Assembly: GCA_951406725.2 (NCBI GenBank)
Contig: OX597821.1
Span: forward strand, 106,516,001 to 106,580,000
Direction: 5' to 3'
DNA from: Octopus vulgaris
Lineage: Eukaryota
DNA length: 64,000 nt
Part shown: positions 15,013 through 29,288 of the stretch, in pieces
Layout of the letters: every line of letters begins with the position of its first letter
Numbering within the stretch: the first letter of the stretch is position 1
Made by a program: the position numbers and the translations under genes
The notes under the pieces: model-generated
What the model saw: only the letters and a program-made list of their open reading frames with translations
What the model was told of the DNA's origin: nothing
Databases searched by the model: none

Positions 15013-15512
15013 ATAGGCAATTTAGAGAATAACGAAAGAACAAATAAAATTGCAAATTATCCTCGCAAAATATTTGCTAAAGGGGCTTGTTTTCATTTAC
15101 AACACATCGCATTTACAACACAAGTGTCATACTTCTATATGTAAATACATATATATATATGTATTTTTTTTTTATTTATTTATGTGTATATTTATTTTTT
15201 ATTTCTTAATATGTATGCATTCATGATACAACAATATCAATTGCTATCTCACTTGTGAGATTTAATGAGATAGATAAGTCTCATGACAGACTCGACCTAC
15301 AATAAATGTTTGATTTTAATTATTATACATGAAAAAGATTAAAGCTACGTAACGTTAATTGTATTATGTACATACATGCATACATATACATACACATATA
15401 TATATGTATATATATATTTCTGCATATGTATATATATACATATATGCACATATACATATATACTATATGAAGTATGTGTCACTTTGTTATATATGTATAT
15501 ATATATAACTTA

Positions 15513-15591
<79 letters not shown>

Positions 15592-15721
15592 CTGTATATG
15601 TGTATGTATGTATATGTGTATATATGTATATATGTATTTGTGTATATATGCACAAATACATAAATATACTTATATGAAGTATGTGTATACCTATATATGT
15701 ATATTTACATGTGTGTATGTG

Positions 15722-15767
<46 letters not shown>

Positions 15768-15869
15768 CATATATTTCTGTATATTATATATATATATAAA
15801 TATATGTACATATACATATATATACTTATATGAAGTATGTATATATCTATATATGTATACATGCATGCA

Positions 15870-15925
<56 letters not shown>

Positions 15926-16816
15926 CATACATACATACATACATACATACATACATACATACATACATACATACATACATACATACATACATACATACAT
16001 ACATACATACATGCATGCATGCATACATACATACATACATACATACATACATACATACATACATACATACATACATACATGCATCTGACATATGTTACAG
16101 TATATATTTATAATGAGATAAGCAGTTAATTCTATTTGTTTGTACGAGTTTCTGATTAAACGCTGTTTATATATTTCGTTCTCGTGAACGAGCAAATATA
16201 AAGCATTGAATCATGAAAAAACGCTCAGTTCGTTAACACTTTCCGCTGGAATATTGTGCGTAGTTTAATGAACGAAGGTATGTTAACTTTAACTTGTAAT
16301 ACTTTCGATCTTTTTATAAGCAAAATTCCTGTTCTTTCCCATCGCTTCATTTTATGTCTCATTACTTCTGCATATATGTAAATGTTTGAGAATAATTGCA
16401 TGCTTATTTGTACACACACACACATGCACATACAAACACATAAACATATGCATGGCCGCGGCCTTCGGGCTAAAACATTTTTAAGGATTTAAAGATTTAT
16501 ATATATATATATATATAAATGTGTAGATATGCTTTATTTTGGCAGCTGGTGCTATTAAGTTAGACAAGATGTGGGCCAATACTGGCCGAAATTAGATTAA
16601 GAAGTATCAAATTATATATATATATCTTCATCGTCATCGTGATCATCATCATCATCATCATCTAGCGTCTTAAATTCGGGTTTTGTTCCCGTTAACGGAG
16701 GAGAATACCGTAGCAAAACACTCTCACACCATCTCGCCTTCTTCACCGTTATAAATACACGCGCACACACACATGCACACATATATATATAGATAGACAG
16801 ACACATAGATAAATAA

Positions 16817-16852
<36 letters not shown>

Positions 16853-16866
16853 CTAGATAGATAGAG

Positions 16867-16899
<33 letters not shown>

Positions 16900-16906
<7 letters not shown>

Positions 16907-17150
16907 TGTTATTTCCGTCATTTAAAAACTAAATTATGTATACCTTGCATTTAATCTTGACACATTTTCTATACCAACAATATTGGTATACAAAATTTTT
17001 TACCCACAGACATTATGAAAACCAAACTATGTTCACTGATTTTCTCGTATGCATACAAACTGGGCCATCCTGCCTCAGAAGCTCAACGGATTATCAAGTG
17101 GACCTTTAGTAGTGGTCTTGTTGACATCAGAACTGTCCAGAGATGGTTCC
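16900..17150 (+). mobile_element. mariner transposase N-terminal remnant
   Basis: YAYKLGHPASEAQRII...RTVQRWFQ resembles the mariner N-terminal HTH; truncated by the adjacent Penelope fragment. Confidence 0.7.
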
Positions 17151-18135
17151 AAAGCAAGAGAGGAGAAAAGAGGTGGGTAGGAGCGAAGAGAGGAAGTAGC
17201 TGTCAGATGAACGAAGAGGAAGGAATTTAAAGGAGAAGGGGAGTTGAGGCCATGTGGATCAAAGGAGGGAAGAGAGAAGATTAATTCCTGTTCACGGCTA
17301 AATCGTGAATCCGGATGGCCCCTGTGCAAATACAGTCTGAACACTGACAGGTGTTGTAATGAATGATCGATAGAGCGGAAATGGTGCGAGGCCGGGTTTC
17401 ATTGCTGTGTCTAATGTCTCGGAGGTGCTCCACGAACCGGTCAACTAAGCGGCGTTCCGTTTGACAGATGTACAGAGAAGGGCATGAAGAGCAGGAGATG
17501 CAGTAAATGACGTTGATAGAAGTGAAGGTAAAGGAGTCAGTAATGTGATAGGGACGATGATGGTGGTGTTGGAGAGGTAAGGGCAAGTGCGGCAGCGTGT
17601 GCAGGAGCAGGGGAACGAGCCAGATTAGGAGGTGGTGTTATAGAAGAATCTGTGGACCAGGAAGTCACGTGGAGGAGCCGGATTGTAGTCGCTGGAAGGC
17701 TCAGAGTATGATGCGTTGGAGGGAAGGGTAGAGGGGTGGTAGGTGAGAGGAAACGGGAGAAAGTATTGGTGGGACAAGCGCAGGATGAGAGAAAGAGAGA
17801 GAGAGAGTAGAGGCATGGTCTACGGAACATGATCTGGCAAGGGCTGTGTGGATAGTGGTGAGGGGATATCCACGAATGATGAAGTGGTGAGCCATGAGAT
17901 GAGACGAAGTCTCAAAGTCATAGTTGTCACTGCAGAGCCTGCGCAGACGGAGGAATTGGGAGTGGGGAATGGAGAGCTTGGTGTGTATAGGGTGGGAGGA
18001 GGAGAATTTGAGGTATGAGAGTGAGTCGGTGTGTGTGTGTGTAGTGGATGGAGGTAGTGAGAGCGGATTTGTGTACGTTTACTGAAATGTCGAGAAAGGC
18101 AATGAAATTGTTGGAAGAGTGAATGGAGAAACGTA
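17150..18135 (-). mobile_element. Penelope-like element fragment (end of RT plus GIY-YIG), decayed
   Basis: Minus-strand ORFs: IAFLDISV...TSIHY and FTFTSINVIYCISCSSCPSLYICQTERRLVDRFVEHL. Confidence 0.85.
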
Positions 18136-18367
18136 AAAAGTCATTCAACCAATTTATTGTATGGATCAAAAGATTTTGATTCATATTCATTGGTACTGTT
18201 CAGTTTCAAGCGCGATGCTAGTCGCCAACCATTTTGAATTTAAAACTGAAATTGAATATGAAATACAAATTCAAAAATGGTTGACGGTTAGCATCTCGCT
18301 GGAAACTCAAGGGTACTAAAAGGTTTGAATCAAACTGTTTTGATCCATCCATCCATATATACATACC

Positions 18368-18488
<121 letters not shown>

Positions 18489-18810
18489 CATACGTGCGTG
18501 TGTTCGTATGTATGTATATAACATTAGTAGTTCCGACTATGGTTTATCTAGTAAACAATCATGAATTCAAAACTTTCACATACTGTATTCATCAATTAAT
18601 TTCAATTGCTTTGTTTTGTTATTAAATCAATCATGATTATGTGCTCCATTACTTTTCTGAGTTCATACGTCTGTATGAATATCAACTTTATTTCATTATC
18701 ACTTCAGAATGTGAATATTATTCATGTGAATATTATAAATGAAGGGGATATTGTTTCTGTTGATTAACTTTTATATCTGTTCGTTTTTGCAGTTACTTGG
18801 TAGATCAAAT

Positions 18811-19812
18811 ATGTCGAAAACTCACGAGAAATTCAGTGAAGTTAGAGAAGATAAGGTTTACCGAAGTAGATGGAAAAAATTATTTGAATTATGGGAGAAG
18901 TTCTTCTTTATCAATGATGAGAAGATACCGTTAAGTACATCAAATCTTAAGAAGAAGTGCCAGTATATTTTATATCGAATGATCTACCTCCTTACTCTAT
19001 CAGACTGTGCGTTGTTTTTATCTTATTCATACAAAACTTTTATCTTGGAGTCTTTTCCTAAGACCTTGACTGTCCTTATGCTGATACAATGGAAATTTTG
19101 CTCCTATTTAAATTTCTTCATAATGGTATCGAAAATCAAACAATATAAAACATTGAAAGAAAATTTTATGAATAGCACACTTTTGTGTGTGTGTGATGAT
19201 TGTGATGATAGGATCTCCTTTTTGTTTAAAATAGCGAAAATCAGAACCATTCTTCAAATTCTCTTAGTGCTTATAATGCATCCGATTTTAGCATGTATTT
19301 TGCCCCTATTGCGTAATGAATCCGGCATTTTTGATATATTTTTTTATCCTTTTCCTTTAAATGATAATATATTTTCTCTGCCAATTTTTGTCGCTTGGTG
19401 GGTATTTGTACTAGTTGCTTTGCAAATTTTACCCCAAGCCAACTTTTCCTGGTTTTTAATCGAATACCTTGTTTTAGAATTCAGAGTTTTGAGGGAAAAG
19501 TGCCAGGCGTTTTTCGTGTCAGGATGTGAAATACAACCGAATGCTGAGTGGAATTACCGAAACAAAATGATTGTGCATTATTGTACGAAACACGAAGAAA
19601 TGTGCAACTTACTGGAGGATGTCAACAAAATTATTAAGTATAGCATATCGGCAATAATTTTAAATATGATACTAGGTCTCTGTACCATATTTGCTGGCCT
19701 TATAAACAATTTTCTTAGCCAAGAGGAACTAGTATTCATATGTATGTTACCAACATTAGTTTTTCTGCTATCCGTTAAGACACTTCATACAGGCATGAAT
19801 CTTCACAAAAAT
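18811..19812 (+). CDS. GRL long N-terminal exon A (about TM1-TM6, 334 codons)
   Basis: Intact ORF with multiple hydrophobic segments and GR-like motif HEEMCNLLEDVNKII; acceptor ttttgcag at 18785-18792 before ATG 18811; phase-0 donor AAT|gtaagt at 19813; aligns end to end with exon B. Confidence 0.88.
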
Positions 19813-21544
19813 GTAAGTATCATATCATTTTTCAAAAATTCAGGAAATAATGTCCTAAAATAAAAGCTTCCTAGATTATTGCCAGCAATTTGAGTAAATT
19901 CGATTGGAAATCATATGATGTAAAGTAAATCAGTAGACTCATTGCTAATCTACAACACTTTAAAAATAAATTACCAGTATTATTTCCTCGTTTGCTCCTG
20001 GAGCCTTGGGGCCTACAAGGCCACTTACCAGGTTTTCATGGTGTATAAATGACCGAGATCGCAACATTCCCCTGAACGAAACGCTGGATTTTAAAGAATT
20101 AGAACGCTTCCAATTACATAGATTACAGTACTTTACTGGTATTATATTCTATCGACACAGAAGGGATTACAGGTAAACTTGACATCAGAGGGAATTGTAA
20201 AGATTCAGAGTAAATGCCGCTATGCTATTTAAGCGATGTGCTAATGATCTTGCCATCTCACCACCCAAATGCGTCCTTTATGTAATTCTAATTTTATATA
20301 TTTATCGCTTAACTGATGGTAACTTGTTACCCCTTTTCAATGCTACCTTTAGTAAGGTAAATAAACTGGAATTCCATAAATTACGATAACGAAGTTTACA
20401 ATTCATCCGATCAATGGAAAAGCCTGCTTGGGAAATTAACGTGCAAGTGGTTGAGCATTCCATAAACACGCGTACCCTTAACGTAATTCTCAAAGAGACT
20501 CGGCGTGACACAGCTTTTGAATTAATTATAACTTACTGACAGGAGCAATGTGAAATAAAGTGTCGGGCTTAAGGACCTAACGCGTCCCTGGGCATCTTCA
20601 ATGCCATCAGCTCAAAGACACAATTTTCAACATTAATGACTAGGACCGTTACTGCGGCAGAAAGTGGCACCTAAACAACAACAATTCTTCGTGTTCGTTT
20701 GGAAACAATACCAGAGACTGTGAGTTTGAATAATGAAATGAGACTTTCACAAGGACAAGGCAGAAATATCAGTATGTTCGTCCCAGCAGATGATTTTGTA
20801 AAACTTAAAGAGATGCAGCTATACACCGATGTTCATGCGTCAAAACTAGGAGTGAAGATTGACCGTCAGAGGAAAAGTCAAAAAGTAGGTAAAAGCTATC
20901 TGACTAAACAAATAAATAAATAAAATAAGCTTTCTGCAACGTAGAAAGCCACCAGTGCGGTAGCTTTAAAATTTGGGTCAGAGATTGAGCTGAGTAAACC
21001 ACCCAATCTATCAAACGAAAAGTGATGGTCGTTGACATTCTTCTTCCCTAGACTGCTTTTTCTCTCACACCTGTTCTCCCAACTCACTCATTCTATTATC
21101 TGCTTTCTTTTTTATGCTATCACAACTTCTCCAAGTGATATTTGCTATTCCTTAAGCGTATATATTTTGCCATGCTAAAGTCGCGTTTCTTACAATACCA
21201 TTTATTCGTATATATTTAATCATGCATATAGGAAAATTCTACGTGTTTACGTGTTCGCAATTCGAATTGGCATCGATACGCCATAATCATATATTCTGGT
21301 GTAATTTCTATAGTAAATTATATATACACTTTTACTCTATTACTTGTTTCAGTCATTTGACCTCAGGACTTATTCTTTGTAAGCCTAGTACTTATTCTAT
21401 CGATCGTTCTCGTTTGCCGAACCGCTAAGTTACAGAGACCTGGACACACCACCATCGGTTACCAAGCTTTGTTAGGGGGACAAACACAGACACACAATCG
21501 CATACACACATACATACATGCCTACACACACACACACACACACA

Positions 21545-21590
<46 letters not shown>

Positions 21591-21593
<3 letters not shown>

Positions 21594-21752
21594 CGCAGGA
21601 GTGGCTGTGTGGTAAGTAGCTTGCTAACCAGCCACATGGTTCCGGGTTCAGTCCACTGCGTGGCATCTTGGGCAAGTGTCTTCTGCTATAGCCCCGGGCC
21701 GACCAATGCCTTGTGAGTGGATTTGGTAGACGGAAACTGAAAGAAGCCTGTC

Positions 21753-21800
<48 letters not shown>

Positions 21801-22012
21801 GTGTTTGTTTGTGTTTGTCCCCCTAGCATTGCTTGACAACCGATGCTGGTGTGTTTATGTCCCCGTTACTTAGCGGTTCGGCAAAAGAGACCGATAGAAT
21901 AAGTACTGGGCTTACAAAAAGAATAAGTCCCGGGGTCGAGTTGCTCGATTAAAGGTGGTGCTCCAGCATGGCCGCAGTCAGATGACTGAAACAAGTAAAA
22001 GAGTAAAAGAGT
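21591..22012 (+). mobile_element. SINE family A, full length
   Basis: Complete head-to-tail copy located between the two halves of a minus-strand copy (about 21330-21520 and 24003-24168). Confidence 0.85.
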
Positions 22013-22029
22013 ATATATATAAAACTGTT

Positions 22030-23914
22030 GGAAATTGAAAATTGTCTGCAACTCTCCCATGAAAAAGAAAGAGCAGACAAAGAAGCCTAGGTTATAGACA
22101 ACATAAAATCTAACCCCAGAGCTTTCTACAGGTATGCCAAAGAAACAGCTACGGTGCACTGTAGGATACGGCCGCTCTTTGAAAAGGATGGCACACTCAG
22201 AGGAAATCCAATGAGGGTAAGTGAAATACTAAATGAGCAATTCAAGAGTTTTTTCACTCCGCCCCTTGGGCATTTCCAAATCAGCAATCCAACTGACTTC
22301 TTTACCACTGCAGATATAAAATCAGAGGCAGCGATGATTGATTACATCAATATAAAGGAAGACGATGTAATAAAGGCTATAGATGAAATGAAAACAAACT
22401 CAGCTACTGGCCCCGACGGATTCCCGGCAATCCTTCTAAAAGTATGTAAGAGAGTCCTAGGAAGACCACTGCAGTTCCTCTTTCAGAGCTTCTTTGCAAC
22501 TGGCAAACTTCCAAGAAAACTGAAGGAAAGTAAAATATGCCCTATTCATAAAGGAGGTAGCAGAGCGGAGGCCAAGAACTACAGACCTATCTCTCTGACC
22601 TCACACATCAGCAAGGTCATGGAACGAATAGTCAGAAGGAAACTGATCACCTTCCTTGAAGAAAATGACTTGCTGCCTGACACCCAACATGGTTTCCGAC
22701 CAGGAAGAAGCTGCTTAACTCAGCTCCTACAACACTATGACTGGGTGCTGAAACTACTGCTCAACCACTCAAATGTGGAAGTGATATATCTCGACTTTGC
22801 AAAGGCCTTTGATAAAGTCGATCATGGAATGATATGTCACAAACTGCGTGATCTTGGCATAGTTGGAAAATTGGGAGAATGGCTTCATGACTTTCTGAAG
22901 GATAGAAGTCAGGTGGTAGTAGCCATTAACACGCAAATAATGAGCGGTGTTCCGCAGGGCCCTGTTTTGGGACCACTACTGTTCCTAATGGCCCTCTCAG
23001 ACATGCCCTCAGCCACGCAGAGAGCCACGATCACAAGTTATGCAGATGATACAAAAAGTTTCAAGCTTTATGGTATCAGCATGCAAAACTAAATGCAATA
23101 CCCAATGAATACACTGGACCTGGAGGGATTGCAATCCCAGAGGCACAATCAGTGCGTGACCTGGGTATTTACATGAGTGATGACGCAACCTTTCATGTAC
23201 ATGTTGCTAAATTGGCAATGAAATGTAGACGGCTGGCCGGATGGATTCTTAGAACCTTTAGAACAAGAGACCAAGAAACCATGATGGTCCTCTTGAAGAC
23301 ACTTGTCCTAAGCCACTTTGACTATTGCTCTCAGCTATGGTCACCATCCAGTGTCAAGTTGATCACAGAACTTGAGGTGATCCAACGAAGCTACACGAAG
23401 AAGATAGCCTCTGTGCAGCATATAAGCTACTGGGAAAGACTCAAGAGATTAAAACTATATTCCTTGGAGCGTAGGCGAGAAAGATATGCCATGATATACA
23501 TCTGGAAGATCCTGGAAGGACTTGTCCCAAACTTTGGCATTGAGAGTTACACGAATGCCAAAACTGGGCGCCACTGCGTGGTGACAATGGCTCCAAATTT
23601 GCCATCAAGATGTAGGACAAGATACTGTGATAGCCTGGGCTTCAGAGGCCCACAGCACTTCAATATCCACCCGAAGAACCTGAGGGACCTGCATGGGGTG
23701 GATGCCGATGTCTTTAAATTAGGACTGGATCTCTTCCTGTCAGGTGTCCCGGATAAACCAACTTCACGGCAGGAGGTGCAGATGAGGGCAGCTGCATCGA
23801 ACTCTCTCATGCACCAAATGGCAGTTGCTAAAAAGCATTCGTGAGGTAAAATCATGTAGCAACCAAATGGCGGTGCCCCAGCATGGCCACAGCTCGTGAG
23901 CTGAAACTAGATAA

Positions 23915-23915
<1 letters not shown>
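22030..23915 (+). mobile_element. 5'-truncated CR1/L2-like LINE (RT and 3' tail)
   Basis: ORFs 22154-23092 (NYRPISLT, DFAKAFDKVDH, GVPQG, YADDT) and 23152-23844 (RDLG, YWERLKRLKLYSLERRR); the 3' tail resembles the SINE A tail. Confidence 0.92.
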
Positions 23916-23971
<56 letters not shown>

Positions 23972-25167
23972 GATACATACATGCATACATACATACATAC
24001 ATACGAGGGGCTTCTTTCAGTTTCCGTCTACCAAATCCACTCACAAGGATTTGGTCGGCCCGAGGCTATAGTAGAAGACACTTGCCCAAGGTGCCACTCA
24101 GTGGGACTGAACCCGGAACGATGTGGTTGGTAAGCAAGCTACTTACCACACAGCCACTCCTACGCCTATGTATATATATGTATATGCTTTCTATAGAAAT
24201 ATTTATATTTTTTAGCCCTTAATATTTGGTTTTGATTCAATAGAATATGTATACCCCTACTCGAACGGTATCTTAATTTTATTATAGATTCATTGTTGAA
24301 TAGTTTTATCATGACCACCTTAATATGCTATAAATAAGCATTATGTTGTTTCCTTTTATATAAAAGTACCGCACTCTTATAGCTCAGATTGTTAAATCCA
24401 CCCTTCTTCTCTTCTCCTTAAATCTTTTTCTAAATTTTAATATCATATTACATAAATTTTGTTAAGTTTAGATGCACATTTTCCCCCGTATTTCTAATTC
24501 CTACACTTAGATCTCGATGAGACCTCCTGTTTTCTATTTTAAGGCCATTTTAGTTGATAATCATAATATGTAACGCGACCCTTGTTCCTCTAATTTCTGG
24601 TTATCAAGTCACCTTTTATATCGTTATCTTAAAGGCATCTTCTGAAACATAGTCTTTTATGGAGGTATGGCTGACTTTATGGTCATAGTTAAATAGGGGT
24701 AGGGAAATGCATCTGACATTAATTAATTTATCACCAATAAGAAGACCTTAACTGTCAATTCCAAATGTTTTTAATTTTAAGGGGGTGTAGACTACTTGAT
24801 GCATTAGATCTGTTGAATGTGATAAGGATAAAAAGGAATGTAGCTATATCACCATTCTTCTTTATCGACCCCCATTATTTACGTCTGCCACTCTAAATTT
24901 TAGTAAACTTTCGGTATTGTTACGCTAAATTCATTCTGCTAGAAAAATAGCAAAACGAAGGAATGCATTTTAGTCTCTAGTACTGATGAAGAAATTTCTA
25001 ACAAAATTATAATGGTGTATCTTGTATGTTGGGAATCTATTTGGTCGTAAGCGTCGAAGGAGAGTGGTTTATATCAAATTGATGTAATGTTTGCATTGAC
25101 CGATTAAATGAAGCCACTTGAAACGGCCGTAATGCACTGATACCTGGACATCCTTGTTACTTGTTTG

Positions 25168-25235
<68 letters not shown>

Positions 25236-25468
25236 CGTTTGTCTATGTCTGTGTCTGTGTGTGTATACTATTTGCTGCAATCTAAATGAACTTATTTTCC
25301 CATTATAGTCGAGCGAAAGATTGAAAATTGATCTTGGAAAAATACGTTTTCTCATAAATTCACTATATTCCCTCTCATATCCAACCCTCTCTATCTATTT
25401 ATCAATATATCTAGCTGTTTCACATACAGTCTCTCTCTCTCTCTTTTCTGTCTATTCGTGTATCTACA

Positions 25469-25521
<53 letters not shown>

Positions 25522-25928
25522 GTATACACACATAAATACATACATATATATATATATGTATATATACGTGTGTGTATATATATATATATATACATCAAGC
25601 ACAACAGTTTACACTGTAGGTTTCGATTTGTTGAAATTGCTGTTACAAAATATTTGTTAAGCGGGCTTGTATTATGTCTATAACATTTGCTTCAGTAGCT
25701 TTCAAAGAAACATGTTATTACAATATATAGATGTGCATATAAATACTTACGCACACAAGATCAGCCCTTATATTATAGATAAATTCAAAACACATACACA
25801 CTCATTAGTAAAAATGTCCCACCATCAGTAAATATTCCTATGTATAAACTTGATTGATTTCCAATCAGTATAATCAAATTTGCATATAAGCCATATAAGC
25901 ATTCACTCACATACATGCATGTATACAA

Positions 25929-25985
<57 letters not shown>

Positions 25986-26013
25986 CATATATATGTACAT
26001 ACATACACACATA

Positions 26014-26073
<60 letters not shown>

Positions 26074-26430
26074 AGTTTGTCATGTTTGAATGTAAATGCA
26101 TGTGTAATTTTTTGTGCACACACGAGCATATAATTATATACACGTGCGTCAATATGTATATGTTAATAAATATATTTACGTATCTAAGCAAGTCATATTT
26201 TAATGCTTCTTTTCACAATGAAGAAGACTGTAGGAAGATATATTATATAAAATACTTCCTAGATATTTTTCAGATGGATGAAAACTATTACGGAATCAAC
26301 AAAGGTATATAAACTGAAGCGAATCATTCTATCTAGATTTTTCTGTCTTTGAATTTTAATCTAATACATGGTATCAATTTGCATTTTTCTCCTACTTACC
26401 TACCTGTCTGTCTGTATGTCTCTCTGTCTG

Positions 26431-26464
<34 letters not shown>

Positions 26465-26549
26465 CCTGTATATATATATTTATGTATTATAACTACCGAG
26501 CTAGCCGACAATCTCGATTTACATTCAAACACAGATACACAGACACGCA

Positions 26550-26663
<114 letters not shown>

Positions 26664-27641
26664 TACACACGTCCAGTTTTCACCACTATTGGACATCCAC
26701 CATGAATCAGAGCATGGAAAGCATATTAGAAGTCATTCAGCTTTCAGAAGGATATACCCAAGAGCAAACACTCTTTGTGAATTATCCGTAATATTTAAAG
26801 CAATCAAACAATATATTATAAAGTGCTATAAAATTACCGTTCCTATTTCGAAACGGATTAGTGTATCCAATGCAAACAATTACGGTAACACTACAACTGA
26901 AGAGAAAGGAAGAATTTACGGTAGAGAAAATAACCGACTGCAATAAAAATTACGTATGGGAGGTACACATTCGCATATAGAACAATTTGTGATTTTTGAA
27001 ACATTTCCGGAATCAGCTGTATCTAATATTCCTTTAAAACCTTACAAGTGTGTGTATGTAATTATATTCAATACACACACACAAACACACACATGTATAT
27101 ATATATATATATATATATGTATATGTATTTATGGTTGTACATAAAAACACATTAAATATGGCATACACTCTAATATATATCCATATATATACGTGCATAC
27201 GTATGTTTATATTAACTCATGTATATATATATATATATATATTTGTTTCTCTATATGTTATTTGTATATAAAGAACTGTAGTAATATATTGTTGCATTTA
27301 GGGTTGGTCATTTTATTTATTATATAATAAAGATCTAAAATGACCATCCTGAAATACAATATCTGTTTCAACACACGATTTCACATCAGAAATCTTGCAA
27401 AAAGAATTGATATACTAATATAGTACGTTTATGATTATATAGTATTTTTCTTTACACTTTGGTTCATATATTTCATTATTTACATCCTCTGTTTGATTTT
27501 AAAATGCTGAAGATTCTCAATTTATTATAATTACAACCTGAATGATTTCAAACAACGTCCAGTCATTTAAGTGATTTGTAGTAACAGAAGAACAATATCG
27601 TTAGGAGAAAGCGAATTCTGTTATCTAAACGAAATTTAAAT

Positions 27642-27693
<52 letters not shown>

Positions 27694-27698
<5 letters not shown>

Positions 27699-28010
27699 TA
27701 TCCCATAAGTTCTGTCCGATTTTACCTTTTTTTTAAATTGAATGAAAGATTTAATAGTATTTTAGAGTGTGTAAAGGAATTTAAAATTATTTTTATGCAT
27801 TTGTGTACATTTAAACTAATTGAATATTATTAATATTAGAATAATAGAATTAAAGTTTCTTTGATTAAAACCCTTTTCTAACATGGAAGTATCCAAAGAC
27901 GATTTGAAGCACATAATGCTTTATGAGTACAAAAATGGAAACTCTGCCTCCGAAGCGAATCGTAACATACACTCAGTTTATGAGAAAGGATGCTTGAATG
28001 ATAGCAAAGT
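27694..28010 (+). mobile_element. mariner 5' remnant
   Basis: From ATG 27883: MEVSKDDLKHIMLYEYKNGNSASEANRNIHSVY, typical of the mariner transposase N-terminus. Confidence 0.75.
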
Positions 28011-28396
28011 AAAATCAATGATAAGCAGTGTCTCCATGAAAAAATATTAATTACTACCATGTTTTTGTTGATGAAACTTGTTTCTCTGTCTACCTACTTA
28101 CCCCTCTTTGTGATGTTGGTGAATGGAATAACTATGAAAATGAATCTTTTAAATTTACCAAAATTCTATATTTATATGCAGCTGAAGATTGCTCTACATT
28201 TTAAAACTGATGTAATAGTTGCATTGTTTACTTAAAGGGAGTCGCATGAAACGATCATACTGCATTACCGCTGATATCCTTGTTGCTTATTTTGATTATA
28301 ATCACACCCATTTTGAATTATATTGATAATACCATACTTAATTCTGGTGCCTTTAACTTAAGTACTGAATCAACATTTTTACTGAACTTATATATA

Positions 28397-28431
<35 letters not shown>

Positions 28432-28704
28432 TTTTTTTTTTATTTTATAGAAGGAGCTTCTACAGGACTAGAACTGTTTCATTCAAAAGAAATCATCAGG
28501 AAGCTAGTAGACAAGAGTTGTTTTGGCATTTATACATTTAGGCAGGTTTAAATGGGTGGTGGTGGGGGATTTCTTTTGAATAAAACAGTTCTAGTCCTGT
28601 AGAAGCTCCTTCTATAAAATAAATTATGTATTTACTCTGCCCCGATGTATTGAGTACCTTATTTACTGTGGTTAACCCTGACTCAACCCGGGACCTACAT
28701 ATAT

Positions 28705-28768
<64 letters not shown>

Positions 28769-29288
28769 ACCAAATGTCTAACTTGTGGTAGGAAAATGCC
28801 GCTTATATTATAACAGTGTGGCAGATATTACCAACATCATCAGCAGCTTCCCCAGAATGTCTGAGATATACTTGGAGGGGCAAAGGAGCCTGACTGTGGG
28901 GTTCGTTATTAAATTTGATGTGAACTTTAATGTTCATGCTTGCGGTTTTCGGTTCATATGGATACGTTCCGTCGCTTAATCCATATCTATTCATAGTATT
29001 ATTTTTATCTTGCAGGTTACTTTCTTGGGGTTGTTAGGGTTAAGCGATGAATAAAGAAGGAGAAAATCTAGGGGGATCGATAACCAAAGCATTTTATATA
29101 ACATGGCTTTGGTAAATACATCGTTCTATGAATAAATAGTATTTGCTATGATTTAGGATGTTCAATGTTGTTCATGAACGAATTAGCGACAACATAATCA
29201 TTATTACATTCAAACAACAAAATGCGTAACTTATTTATCACTCTACTACAAAGTGATTAACACATATATTTTTGCAGATTCAACAAAA

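Noticed and set aside
15474-16195. Long ORFs rich in YI/HT/CV/MYVC repeats, and the poly-I/L ORFs at 42892-43532
   Set aside because: Translations of (TA)n, (CA)n, (TACA)n and (TAA)n microsatellites; no coding signal.
18739-19863. Reading the long ORFs as complete intronless GPCRs or Cys-loop chemotactile receptors
   Set aside because: No DRY/NPxxY motifs and no Cys-loop ectodomain; similarity among the paralogues stops at a shared splice donor and GR-type 3' exons are present.
19875-19928. Possible private second exon for exon A (IIASNLSKFDWKSYDVK*)
   Set aside because: Weak acceptor, wrong length, runs into a stop, lacks the conserved His, and no matching later exons follow.
21591-21665. 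tRNA-like sequences with A/B boxes
   Set aside because: They are heads of repeated SINEs that continue into SINE bodies, not tRNA genes.
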